A stretch of DNA of 64,000 bases from Hyphochytrium catenoides (Eukaryota > Protista > Hyphochytriomycota). This document shows positions 39,801 through 49,985 of this stretch, piece after piece (the first letter of the stretch is position 1; each line of letters begins with the position of its first letter). The stretch lies in contig FLMG01000529.1 in NCBI GenBank assembly GCA_900088475.1, positions 39,305 to 103,304 of the forward strand, given 5' to 3'. The notes under the pieces are model-generated. The model did no database searches. It worked only from the letters and a program-made list of their open reading frames with translations, and was not told the origin of the DNA. A program made the position numbers and the translations under genes.

Positions 39801-41234
39801 GTACACGTCATTATGGCAAGGGTGGTACCTGCAGGAGCATGGTGTCGGATGCTAGCCTATTGAGGAGCTCTCCCGTCTTGCTTTCATCAAAGAAGCCAAT
39901 TTCTTGCTGCAATAGGTTGTTAAAGAGCAACCTTCGCAGCCTTGCAACCACTCTTTCGCCTGACGTATTGAAGAGTGAAGCTGGAACGACAAACTAGGAA
40001 TCAGACATTGCTCTCTGTTACTCCTCCCCGTAGGAGAGAGCTCCGACCCTAAGCTAGGCCGACGTGCACTCCTACCTCTAATGAACGTGCATACTGATCC
40101 AACAAAGAAAAGGAGTAGAAGAAGTAATGCCGTCCTGTTAAGGTCCATTTCTCGCTCTTTTTTTGACCTTTTCCCGTCTCCTTCAGCCGCAATGTCAATG
40201 AGTTTGCCCAGCAGGGCAGGTGATAGAATTTGGGCAGCCGCAGCAACGACGAGGGCCATGGTACCAAAAATGAGAAACCATTTCTCAGGCTACGGTCAAA
40301 GAGGAAGACAGCACGAAAATGTTCACCGTGAGTTCTGGCGCACTCCCTGGTGCCAGTTAAACGACAGTAATACAGCTGTTGGCAAGAGACGGACGATGTT
40401 GCCATCGACTCAGGAGTAAGTGCTGAAGAAGTGCACACTAGCAAGCAAAGGTGCAAGCTTGAATTTTGGGGGGATGACTTCAAAGAAGGAAACCGCACCT
40501 TAGACAGGGCAAACATGCGTCCTATAGAGACTTTGGATGTGCCTGTTGGCCCTTGGCTGATGTATCTGTCAACCTTCAGGCGGACCTCAGAACCCTCACT
40601 GCTGGAACCACCTTTGTCGCGTCCTAACAAAGATTCACTCATCTCATCCTCATTCAGAGCCGTCCTAATGGGACTCTTCAGGTGCATGATCGATGTGAGC
40701 AAAAGGCCACTCGAAAGTGTGATGGCGCTAATTAGTATAGCTTTTTGCAGCTGCTCATGGTATGAGAAAGACAGCACTTTGCCTAAGAGGAAGAGAAATG
40801 ATGCAAAGTTGATATATACGCTTGCCACGGCTCTCTGCTTGCGACGGCGACGGTGAAGGGTGAGCACCCATATGCCGAGTGCTCGGACCAGAGAAATCAC
40901 CGGAACTTCGACCTAAAACACGCAAAATGTGTTAGCCCAGCAATAAAGGCAAGTGCCGACCTTCATGGTTCGAACCATGCGCAAGGACTACAGGGTAAAG
41001 CAAGCAGAATGCTGGTAGAAGCGGTTAGAGTCAATCCCAGGATCTGATGCTTACCAGAGATCTTCTGAAGCCATAGTGCCGCACTTCACGTTGGAACATC
41101 TCCCTTACATCGCCATGGTACAGCACCAAGAGAAGAATCCACAGACCCACCACATCAATCACAGCTATGAATCTCAAGAGAAGCTTCAGTCCGCGTTGTC
41201 GCGCTGCCATTGACCTATGTCCACTTTCATCCAT
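36873..41234 (-). CDS. ABCB-subfamily half-transporter (TAP/ABCB9/ABCB10-like) with an extra N-terminal membrane domain, multi-exon
   Basis: TMD motifs GERVVARLR...[18 protein letters not shown] and [14 protein letters not shown]; Walker A GTSGHGKST; [16 protein letters not shown]; signature LSGGQKQ; Walker B ILLL|DEATS; VAHRLSTI. Confidence 0.93.
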
Positions 41235-41875
41235 GGTCACAACGTCCTTTTAACCCAAGGTCTGGTGCATTGCAGCGGCTATTGCACCTTGGTCTTCTGT
41301 TTACCTTGGCCAGCTACTCTCAAGACCGAGCAGAAGTGTCTTCAATGGCACTTGCCAATCCTGAACGACGAAGAAGGTTTGGCTCCTCCTTGTCACTAAC
41401 GCCGCCTTGAGGATTATCCCCAACAAGAGGGACGAGAGACTTATTATCCGCTGCGCGTGTGCGCGTTTGCTGCCTGCAGCTTCCCTCCTGCGTCAAGACC
41501 TCAAGAGCGAGCAGGATGATGCTCTTATTAGAATGAGATCCTGCTCGCTTTCATCATCGGTATCATCCTTGTCCTTCCTCTCCTATATGCCTCTTCATAA
41601 TCTGCAGACCTCCCCTGGGAGCGGCCTGCCTACCAAGATGAGAAACAAGAAGGGGGCGAAAGTCGATCCTTCTGCCAAGCCTTCTGCCCTCTAATGGACG
41701 AGAGCAAACTCCGTCGCACCTTGCTGCTGTTGACTGATCAGGAGAAGATGATCCAGCCTTCAGCCTGGAAGCATTGTGGACGCTCCCGCCTTCCAGACCA
41801 AAGCTGTAGCTTGCTTCCTTTAGACAGTCATCAAACGTGACCTGAGACCACGCCCCCTCGTCTTGCTTGAGGTCC

Positions 41876-42892
41876 ATGTCTGATCGCGTCCCCCAAATGG
41901 ACCAGAACAACCGGCCAGCGACGGTGAAGATATCGGCTCTCACTCAACGTGGGCTGCAAAGAAGACCTGGCGGGGGATGGGTTACTGCCTCCATCCTTGC
42001 TGGATGGCTTGCCTTTGGCGGGTCTCACCTCTATTTGAGCAGTGAGCCACGCAGGTCAAGACTCATTGAAAAGTATGGCAAAGAGAAATTTCAGGCCGGA
42101 TACACCCTCATCTCATTCATGACTATCGGTCCGCTCTCCTTGGTCGCACTTCGCTATGGTAAGCGCTTTCCTGGTCCTCGGCTTTGGAATGGGAGCGCAG
42201 CGTTACCAAGAGTAACTGGGAAGATCCTGCACATAGCTGGTTTCTTTATCCTCGCCCAAGCTGTTGTGGACCCAAGTGATTTCTCGCTCGCAAAGCAAAT
42301 GGAGAAGGAGCAGAAAGAGAAGCAGCAGGAAGAGGCTACCAAGGAAGACGGTGTTAGTGCTGTAGCAATGGTGGCTAAGGAGGACGCTGAGAGTATTGAT
42401 GCACAGATCTATGGGAGAGGTATGTGCGCCTTACAAGCATTGACCGTTATTGAGATCTATGAACTGTTCCTATGGCAGGGCCCTGTTATCTTGATACACT
42501 GTCGTCTGTAGCACCCATGTCTTCACCTAACTGACGGACTCTTTGCCACATATCGACTAGGCATTCATCGGGTGAGTCGCCATCCTTTCTTCACTGGCCT
42601 CTCTACGGTAACACTGGGGTCACTGCTGCGTCATGGTCATCTCAACCCGGTGCTCTACTTCATTGGCTTCCCCATCTTCACCATGCTGGGATGCATTCAT
42701 CAAGATCAGCGGCTATTAAGAAACAGCGAGAACCCAGAGATAACTCGCCAATTCTTGGAGCACACCTCTATCTTACCCTTCGGCGCATTTCTGGCCGGAA
42801 AAAATTCCTTCAACTCCGCGCTGAGAGAGATGAACACGACAGCGGCAATATCTTCATACGCTGCTGCGATGGTGCTGCTCCTCTTCCCCTAA
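41876..42892 (+). CDS. NnrU-family membrane protein (NnrU/Z-ISO superfamily); exons 41876-42419 and 42561-42892
   Basis: WLAFGGSHLYLS...RSRLIEKYG...FQAGYTLISF; PRLW; spliced GIHRVSRHP; HQDQRL; TSILPFGAFLAG. Confidence 0.85.
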
Positions 42893-44170
42893 GGGGCCAA
42901 TCTCATCCATGGCTTAGCTGTGATAGACTGCGACAGCTCTCTGACGGGGATGGGTAAGCAAAGGTGGTCTGGGTCGACACGGCGTAACAGGCAACGTTGA
43001 AAAGCAGGTCGTATGGCTTCCACCAAACCCTCTCGCACATGTGGGGGCTTCCATGTATGCCTTTTGACACTTCAGGGCCCGTTGGTGATTTCTCCCTGCG
43101 CTGTTATCAGAGTGCACTCTAAACCGCTGAGTGACAAATTTACTGTGGCCGACCTCTGTTCTCAGCCGACGGCCAAGACAGCCTCTCATACTCCCCACAA
43201 TCTGCCCTACTCAAGCTGCCACATATCGTGCCGTGCCTGCTACCTCCTGTATGTTTCCCGGCACCGGTGGTCGCCGTTTTGAGATCTGCCTATCGAGAAG
43301 TCCCGTAAGCTGGGCCGCGGTGATCCGAGTATTTGTCTTTCACTTGTCACTCAATCATCAAGTAAACGAAGTGTATCATTGCATGTTTACCAATATCTTC
43401 GGCACGAGAGGCTCTAGCTAGCACATCCACCTAGAGCAATTAGCCTTGTGCAGTCATAAGGCATAAACATGCGTACTTCTCTCGCCAGGGAGATGGTAAC
43501 TGCTTGTCAGAGGATACACTTACCTTGGCTTTCTTTCTCTCATTTTGCCTAACGATTGTGAGGGTCCATCAAGTGCTTTGAACCTGTACCACGGTGTGTG
43601 GGCCGCGGCGATCGTGAAGGCCTTGGGGGATGCCTCTTTACTGGGTGAATGGCTCAGACATAGACACCGGATGGCAAGCAACTCTAGGAGTCGATTGTTG
43701 TCGAGCACTGGGGCTTCCTGTAGTAGCCGGCCGCCGAGCTGCTAACCTCCTCCTGTCACCCTTTGCCCTTTGCTGTCTTTTCAGAGGTCCCCCGGGAATG
43801 TCCCAAGATTATGAAGAGGGCGGGTTGAAGTTACGGTACAAGCAGCAACAGCCAGGGCAGCAGCAACCGTCGAAGGATCAAGAGGCCGCGAGAGATGTGG
43901 ACGTCAGGAGGCAGACTCTTGACCAGACGAGCCTGAGTCTGAGGTCAGGCACTCCTGGAAGTGACAGAGAGGAGGCAGGAGACACGGTGAAGGAAAGCGA
44001 GAAGGTTACAGAGGAAGATATAGAGATCAAACAGCTCCTTTGCTTTGACCTACGGGGTGCCGTGGTGACTGCAGACGGAGGCGCGATTGTAGGATTGGGT
44101 CGGTGATCATATTCATCATCAGACGCGGCGGTCTCAGATCCCTGTTGCTAGCCACCCATCAGGCTCAGCA

Positions 44171-45928
44171 ATGGCTAAAGTTCTGCAAGTCTCAAGTGCA
44201 GAGCCTTTGGCCGAACTTCCTGAACCTATGGCTCGATCACACTCTGCCAAAGTACGAACGCTTCTGCCGTCCAAGCTATGGACAGCTCCTGCGCCTAGCT
44301 GGTCGCCGGAAGAGCAAGTATTGACTTCAACTCTCCAGGGCATTGTCGCCAAAACAAGTCCAAGTCTCTGGATAGAGGGGCAAGGAATGTATGAGTTCAT
44401 AGCTCAGCAGCTCGCTAAGGAGATCGGGGAAGAGCATGTGGAACACGTCACGTCGGTGTGGAGTCTACTGGAGATTTTTGGAGAGCACGTCAGCGGGTAC
44501 ATTGTCTTCAACAGTGAGCACAAGCAGAGCATCAACATCGCCACCTCTCTCTGCGGACCCAAGCATTGCGTCGCTGTCCACGAGAGCCTTCTTAACAAAG
44601 CTCAGGAGACTTTGCCCAGAGAAGTCAAGGCTGACGCAAGTAAGGTTCCTGACCTGATGTCAGTTTGGAGAGAACATAAAGAGCTCTTCTCCCGCCATGG
44701 CGTACTGGTCCTTGACCCAGGCATTCGGCTACCCGCACGGGATCTGGCTGTTGCACAGAATCTTTTCACCTGCTACGATTTAAAGGGGGAGGATATGGAG
44801 GAGATAATGAATGTATGTGGTCCTCGGGCCTATGTCTTTGGCTGGGCGAAGGAGGATGAGTTAGTGCATCAAGCCTCCAAGGTTGGTGCCGCAGTGCTGG
44901 CTTCAGACTACTCTCTCAACCTCTCGGTACTGTGCCAGCTCCCAATCCAGACTCCAGCTTCCCACCGGGATCCACAGAAGAGTGCTGGGGAAGAGCACAT
45001 GGCGACTTCTAACGTAGAAACTAAGGAACAGGACGCTGATGGTTCTGCCCAGGTAGAGAAAGAAGGGGTCCGTTTTCAGAGGAGGAAACGGCGGACTATC
45101 GGCTTTGTCATGTCAGATGGAGATAATATCCAATGGATGGGAGGGGGTTTCGTCTCTGACAAAGGCTTTTGGGCTTCTCCACTGCGAGGGACCTTGCCGA
45201 TGACATGGGAACTCGCTGCTGCTCTACAAGATTTAGCTCCGAGATCGATAGAGCATCTTAAGAAAACCGCCTCATCTCAAGATTGCTTCGTTGCAGGCAT
45301 CAGTGGTGCCGGATATGCGTTCTTGGACGAAGTAAAAGATCGTAAGAATTTCGCGCAGTGGTCAAGCCAAGTGTTGGAGCGAGCTGGTCTCCGATGCACA
45401 TCCGTGATGAACGTCTCTGGCTCACATATGGAGCATTGCTTTGAGCTGTTAGAGGAAGAAAACATAGATGCTGTGGTGTTCAAAGGTTGGCTGTATGATG
45501 CAGGGAAGGGCCAGATCTTGTGGCATAATGTGAAGCCTGTTGTTGCCTATCGATATCTATTGTGGGAAAATCTGGGCCCCGACAAGACGCCTGAGGGCGT
45601 TGCAGAGGCAATCAGCAAGCTTCCGCTCGAGTCCTCTTCCCTGCAGGACAGATTTATCCTTATCAACGTGCATGCATGGTCGTGGAAGGGCTTAGGCGGC
45701 CCATTGGCAGCAGTTAAAAAGTGTATGGATTTACTCCCTCCCGATACTGATGTAGTCACACTAGATCAGTTCTTGGTCCGCCTCAAGGACGAAAAGGTTC
45801 AGGAACAAGAAGAGGAGTGGCAACACGTGAAGCAGGAAGAGCCCTCTGTTCCTAAGTCAGACGTAGCCGAAGAAGAGGTGAAGCAGGAAAGCGATAGGGA
45901 GGCGTTCTACTTCTGCTCCGTCTCGTAG
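44171..45928 (+). CDS. GxGYxYP-family putative glycoside hydrolase-like protein; a low-complexity upstream exon from about 43798 is possible
   Basis: Uninterrupted 585-aa ORF with TLQGIVAKTSPSLW, SINIATSLCG, RDLAVA, VFGW...E...ASKVG...ASDYSLNLSVL, FVMSDGDNIQW, SPLRG.LPMTW, SGAGYAFL and INVHAWS. Confidence 0.85.
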   Translation: MAKVLQVSSAEPLAELPEPMARSHSAKVRTLLPSKLWTAPAPSWSPEEQVLTSTLQGIVAKTSPSLWIEGQGMYEFIAQQLAKEIGEEHVEHVTSVWSLLEIFGEHVSGYIVFNSEHKQSINIATSLCGPKHCVAVHESLLNKAQETLPREVKADASKVPDLMSVWREHKELFSRHGVLVLDPGIRLPARDLAVAQNLFTCYDLKGEDMEEIMNVCGPRAYVFGWAKEDELVHQASKVGAAVLASDYSLNLSVLCQLPIQTPASHRDPQKSAGEEHMATSNVETKEQDADGSAQVEKEGVRFQRRKRRTIGFVMSDGDNIQWMGGGFVSDKGFWASPLRGTLPMTWELAAALQDLAPRSIEHLKKTASSQDCFVAGISGAGYAFLDEVKDRKNFAQWSSQVLERAGLRCTSVMNVSGSHMEHCFELLEEENIDAVVFKGWLYDAGKGQILWHNVKPVVAYRYLLWENLGPDKTPEGVAEAISKLPLESSSLQDRFILINVHAWSWKGLGGPLAAVKKCMDLLPPDTDVVTLDQFLVRLKDEKVQEQEEEWQHVKQEEPSVPKSDVAEEEVKQESDREAFYFCSVS

Positions 45929-46180
45929 GATAGATAGGGCAAGTGTAAAAGTCAGGTGTCAACCGCAACCCTCGAACCAGGGGGCCATTATATATAACCT
46001 GTTATTGGTTAGGAATGTCAAGCGCTCATGCAGGGCCATTTCCAGAGACGCCTCCAGGCCTCCAACTCTCTTAATCTGTGGCTGGTCTTTTAGCCAAAGC
46101 TAAGTTGATACTGGGGATAGTCGTTTACGAGTCAGTCTAATTATTTGAAGTCAATGGGCGTAGCTAGCGCCTGCATATTA

Positions 46181-49033
46181 TCACTTTAGGAGAATGGAAC
46201 GCACATCCCACCCCTGAATATATCGCAAACTTCCTTTCTCCTGAACCTGCGGTGTTGTCGCCCTTACATTTACTAAGTTCAGAGTTTGTCCCAGGGACAT
46301 CTGCTCCAATTCTTCCATACTCTCAAGCTCACCCATGAAGACAGTCAAAGGTTCAGCAAACCAACTTTCGTTGTATTTGGGGCGAAGAGTCGGCCGCACG
46401 CAATCTAGTTCTGCTGATACTCTTAGGAAAAAGTCCCACGTGGACTCATTTTCCTTCCGGTAGATAGTCCGCGTTGGCCCCTCATGCAGGAGCACCACCT
46501 CCTTAGAGATAAGCGCTGCAGACAGACTTGCCAGCTTTGAATAGAGAAGACCTCCCTTCGCCTTCAATCTTTCCATGATCTTAGTCTGAACCAACCCTGC
46601 CGAGGACTGGGCGACCTGATGGGCAACTTTAAGAGATGTATCCAAACAGGTAAAGAAAAATCTCCCAGTGGGCTTCGAGTCGTCACCCCTCTCAATGGTG
46701 ATCATGCCTGCGATATTCGCTGTACCGGTGCCTGTTAGTTTGGCAGCGCTCATGATATCCACACCATTCGGCCCACTCCCAACGGCGTGCGGATTAGCAA
46801 CGTAGACTGAAGCCTCATGAAGCTTGTCAAAGGACTGCTGACTAAAACAATGGACCTCGATAACGATGTAGGTGCACGTTGGATACCGCTCAAGTACTTT
46901 ATGCAGGTTGATCTCGACTTTCTCTCTAGCCCCTTCAGGGTAAGGGGCATTCACAACGTCTCCTGAATGGGTGACGCCGGGAAGCCTTACATTTCTGTAG
47001 CTGCAGGTGTCAAGCGTACTGGGGACCCCAGACTTGTCAGGGGCTGAAAGGAGTTCAATAGAAAGATCCAGGTCGACGGCCATACGGTCACCTTCTGCCT
47101 GACACCAGGTTATGCCTGCTTCGACTAGCTCTACAGGTCCCAATTGGTTGAGACAAATGCTCTCATTACGCCAGAGTGATGAGGTGCAATATCTGGGAGC
47201 TTGAGGAGGGACTCCTGATCTTAGTTCGTTCAGTAGCTCCGGCGTGTACACGATCGCAGAACGGCCAAGCGGCTCCTTACTTCTGGACTTCTTCAGGATC
47301 TCAGTGATTAAGTGCTTGGTCACGCCCATGTAGGGAGCCACCATACCAGTGGAGAAGCTCTTCCCAACATTCTTTATCTTTTCCACCTCTCGCAATCCAC
47401 CTGTTTTGTCCTTGAAGTGCATGCTCAAACTCACCTTCTCCTCGGTAGCATTTTCAGCCTGCCCACTACCGTCTTCAGATCGGCTGTGTGAGAGCTGCGC
47501 CACGACGCTTGAAACGAAGTCCGGCGTAATGGTTGACTCCAGAATGTGCCCAACCTTCATAACTGTGAGGAGATCAAGCTGCTCAAGCCTAGCAGTTAAA
47601 AAGCGCACTACTCGATTGGAATCGTAGCAAAGAAGGAATAAGGACCGCAAATTCGCCAGCACCTGGCTGGGGGAGATCAATCCTAAATCGAAGATCATGT
47701 CCCAGGTTGTGGATGTGTTGCCATGTACACTCAAAAGGACCTCCAGTCGCCGACACTGGGGCGGGTGAAGGCGCTTTCCGGCAAGAGATGCCTGCCACGT
47801 CTGCTCGAGCCAGGACGGAGGGATGTAGAAGAGTTTATCCCCAGCCACAAGTTCTTGCAGCGGCTTGACTACCCAATCTCTCCAATCCACAAAAAGCTCC
47901 TCTGAAGATGGGTATCTTTCACTTCGCACCATCGCCTGTAGCAGGAATACCTTCCTTTGCTCTGCAGCCGACAATAGGCTCTCCGGTTTCCCTACCATTC
48001 GGCGAAGAAGTTCCCGTATGTGAATAGCCTTGAAAAGAGCTTTGAATAACCCTCTGACGGCGAATACACGCATTAGACGAAGCCAGGACATTTGAGCCAG
48101 AGCGTACAGGATGACAGCTCTAGTAGGACGACTGTGGTTGCTCTTGATGGGGGGCTTTCCCTCCTTTATTGCCTCGACGCTCTTACAATGATAAACAACC
48201 AAGAATGCTGTCAAAGTCTTGACGTCTTCAAGCAACGCTGCTAGAGCGACTACAGACTCCTTCTCCAGGGGACGGCCTTTGGGCATACCTCTTAGGAGAA
48301 ACGCGGCTGAGGAAGCGACCAGAGCCTTGTTCCTCTTCGGGGCACTAAGTATGGTCTGAGCGACATCACGTATGGACCAGCGCTTCATTTGCAGGATTTT
48401 GAGCTTTTTGTGGAGGGTCTTCTCATCTTCGGCAGTGGGCATGACCTTCAGACCTATCGACTGTAGGAGGTTGTCTTCCCAGAATGCCCGTGAAGTTTCC
48501 TCTGACAAGCTGATATGGATCTCCTTCAGGGCTCGATCCTGTAACGGGATAACCTGAAACGTGGCCAGTGGTCCAGACCTCCTACCGCCAACTTTATTAT
48601 CAGCACGGTCTGTTTCTTGCTCACTGAGAAGTTGCCGTTTCCAGACGTCGGAAATGTTCCGAACGGCAAAGAAGTGGAACAGCCGCCGGAAAGAGAAGTT
48701 CTTGGGAGGCTTTCGAATCATGAATCCGACGAATCGCAGCCAGAAGACCTCACAATCTAGAGCCAGCATTACGTCCTTGGAGATCAGAGCCAGTTCCGCC
48801 CATTCCTGTGGCTCTAGGAAGTAACAGAAAGGATCATTCTTCATCAAAAGCAGGACCGACACCATTGCCTCGGCCTTGCTCGATTTTTGCACTAGAGAGG
48901 AGTCTTCCAATGCTCCTGCAAGGACTTCCCTTTGCTTGGCAGCATTCGCCACACTCTGCAATGCCTCAGCCCAATCATATCGTTGCACGAATCGATTTGC
49001 CAACCAAGGCTCGAGAACCCTGCTCGTGAACAT
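46181..49033 (-). CDS. Intronless 950-aa protein: N-terminal helical/ROT-TROVE-like region plus a C-terminal TerD-like domain
   Basis: TerD-type motifs W...VDLDLSIELL, CSYRN, THSGDVVNAP..GAREKVEINL and YIVIEVHCFSQQSF. The upstream helical region parallels bacterial RING/TROVE-like/TerD proteins (pattern recognition only, no search run). Confidence 0.75.
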   Translation of the reverse strand: MFTSRVLEPWLANRFVQRYDWAEALQSVANAAKQREVLAGALEDSSLVQKSSKAEAMVSVLLLMKNDPFCYFLEPQEWAELALISKDVMLALDCEVFWLRFVGFMIRKPPKNFSFRRLFHFFAVRNISDVWKRQLLSEQETDRADNKVGGRRSGPLATFQVIPLQDRALKEIHISLSEETSRAFWEDNLLQSIGLKVMPTAEDEKTLHKKLKILQMKRWSIRDVAQTILSAPKRNKALVASSAAFLLRGMPKGRPLEKESVVALAALLEDVKTLTAFLVVYHCKSVEAIKEGKPPIKSNHSRPTRAVILYALAQMSWLRLMRVFAVRGLFKALFKAIHIRELLRRMVGKPESLLSAAEQRKVFLLQAMVRSERYPSSEELFVDWRDWVVKPLQELVAGDKLFYIPPSWLEQTWQASLAGKRLHPPQCRRLEVLLSVHGNTSTTWDMIFDLGLISPSQVLANLRSLFLLCYDSNRVVRFLTARLEQLDLLTVMKVGHILESTITPDFVSSVVAQLSHSRSEDGSGQAENATEEKVSLSMHFKDKTGGLREVEKIKNVGKSFSTGMVAPYMGVTKHLITEILKKSRSKEPLGRSAIVYTPELLNELRSGVPPQAPRYCTSSLWRNESICLNQLGPVELVEAGITWCQAEGDRMAVDLDLSIELLSAPDKSGVPSTLDTCSYRNVRLPGVTHSGDVVNAPYPEGAREKVEINLHKVLERYPTCTYIVIEVHCFSQQSFDKLHEASVYVANPHAVGSGPNGVDIMSAAKLTGTGTANIAGMITIERGDDSKPTGRFFFTCLDTSLKVAHQVAQSSAGLVQTKIMERLKAKGGLLYSKLASLSAALISKEVVLLHEGPTRTIYRKENESTWDFFLRVSAELDCVRPTLRPKYNESWFAEPLTVFMGELESMEELEQMSLGQTLNLVNVRATTPQVQEKGSLRYIQGWDVRSILLK

Positions 49034-49186
49034 CCTCGTTATGGGCTAAGGCTGCTTGGCAAGAAAGCGTGAATGAACGAATGAAGAGCTATTCTGACGT
49101 AAAGAATTTGCTCTTCTCTGAGCGATCTTCACTACTGATCTAGAGGGAGCTGCCACCAGACTGGCAGCACGTCCACCGTCCTTGAC

Positions 49187-49203
49187 TCTCTCTCTCTCTC
49201 TCT
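49187..49203. repeat. (CT)n microsatellite upstream of the 950-aa ORF
   Basis: Directly visible. Confidence 0.9.
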
Positions 49204-49985
49204 GTACCCACACTTCTTTGGGAAACGCTTCTGGTAGAACTCTTGGACTGCACCGTCGCAATCCACAGCTGATGGGCGAATGATGGTCGTAGACTTGCCT
49301 GAGAGTTATCAACAAGGGGCAACAAGTTGCTTGTAAGGTATCCAGCGCTGCTCTGTAGAGTGAATGTCCCTATTGCCTGATGAAGAGTAAGATCTTACTG
49401 GTGTCAAATTGACAGCGGAGTGGCAAATCAACGGCTTTCCTGACAGCAGGGTGATCTTGACCAATGTGAACTGCAAATTAGGCTCAGGGTCTTGTGAATA
49501 AAGCCTGACACTTTTGGCGGGAACACAGCACCTCAAGTTGTTCTTACTTCATCTTCCCTCACATTCAAACGCACTTGATCGGTGCTCCCTTTGAGCGGTT
49601 CATCGTACCTTATTATGTGCGCAAAGGTACATGAGATATTAGATGACCCTCAATTTACTTGGCTAGTTAGTTCGTACTTAAGCGGGTGCGCTCAGTCAAC
49701 CAAGTGGCGCCACTAAGCTAGATGGTGCAATAGAGAAACGGCACCACAAAGGAAGGAGAAAGAGTAGGAGGTGTCAAAAGCTATAACATTGCAGTTCTGA
49801 TCAAAGTCCAATTGATCCTGAGGGTCTGGAGAGAAAGTGGGATCTAGGTTAGACATACGCATTGTTTTAACTGGACGAACATATTGCCGACTGGGAACAG
49901 AGAGATTTAAACGCTTGAGGTAGCACCTTAGTCCCCTGGCCAGTACCAAGAGACTCCTTCCGCAGATACAAAAGAAGCTGATAGA

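Noticed and set aside
40964-40979. GGTTCGAACC T-loop-like sequence (possible tRNA or SINE)
   Set aside because: It is a 16-bp palindrome inside an intron; the T-stem register is wrong and there is no acceptor, D or anticodon arm.
44171-49033. Bacterial contamination as the explanation for the intronless ORFs
   Set aside because: They are contiguous, with no N gap, with intron-containing genes on both sides, have eukaryote-like low-complexity inserts and a microsatellite, and show no operon or Shine-Dalgarno layout. Long reads are still needed to exclude a chimera fully.
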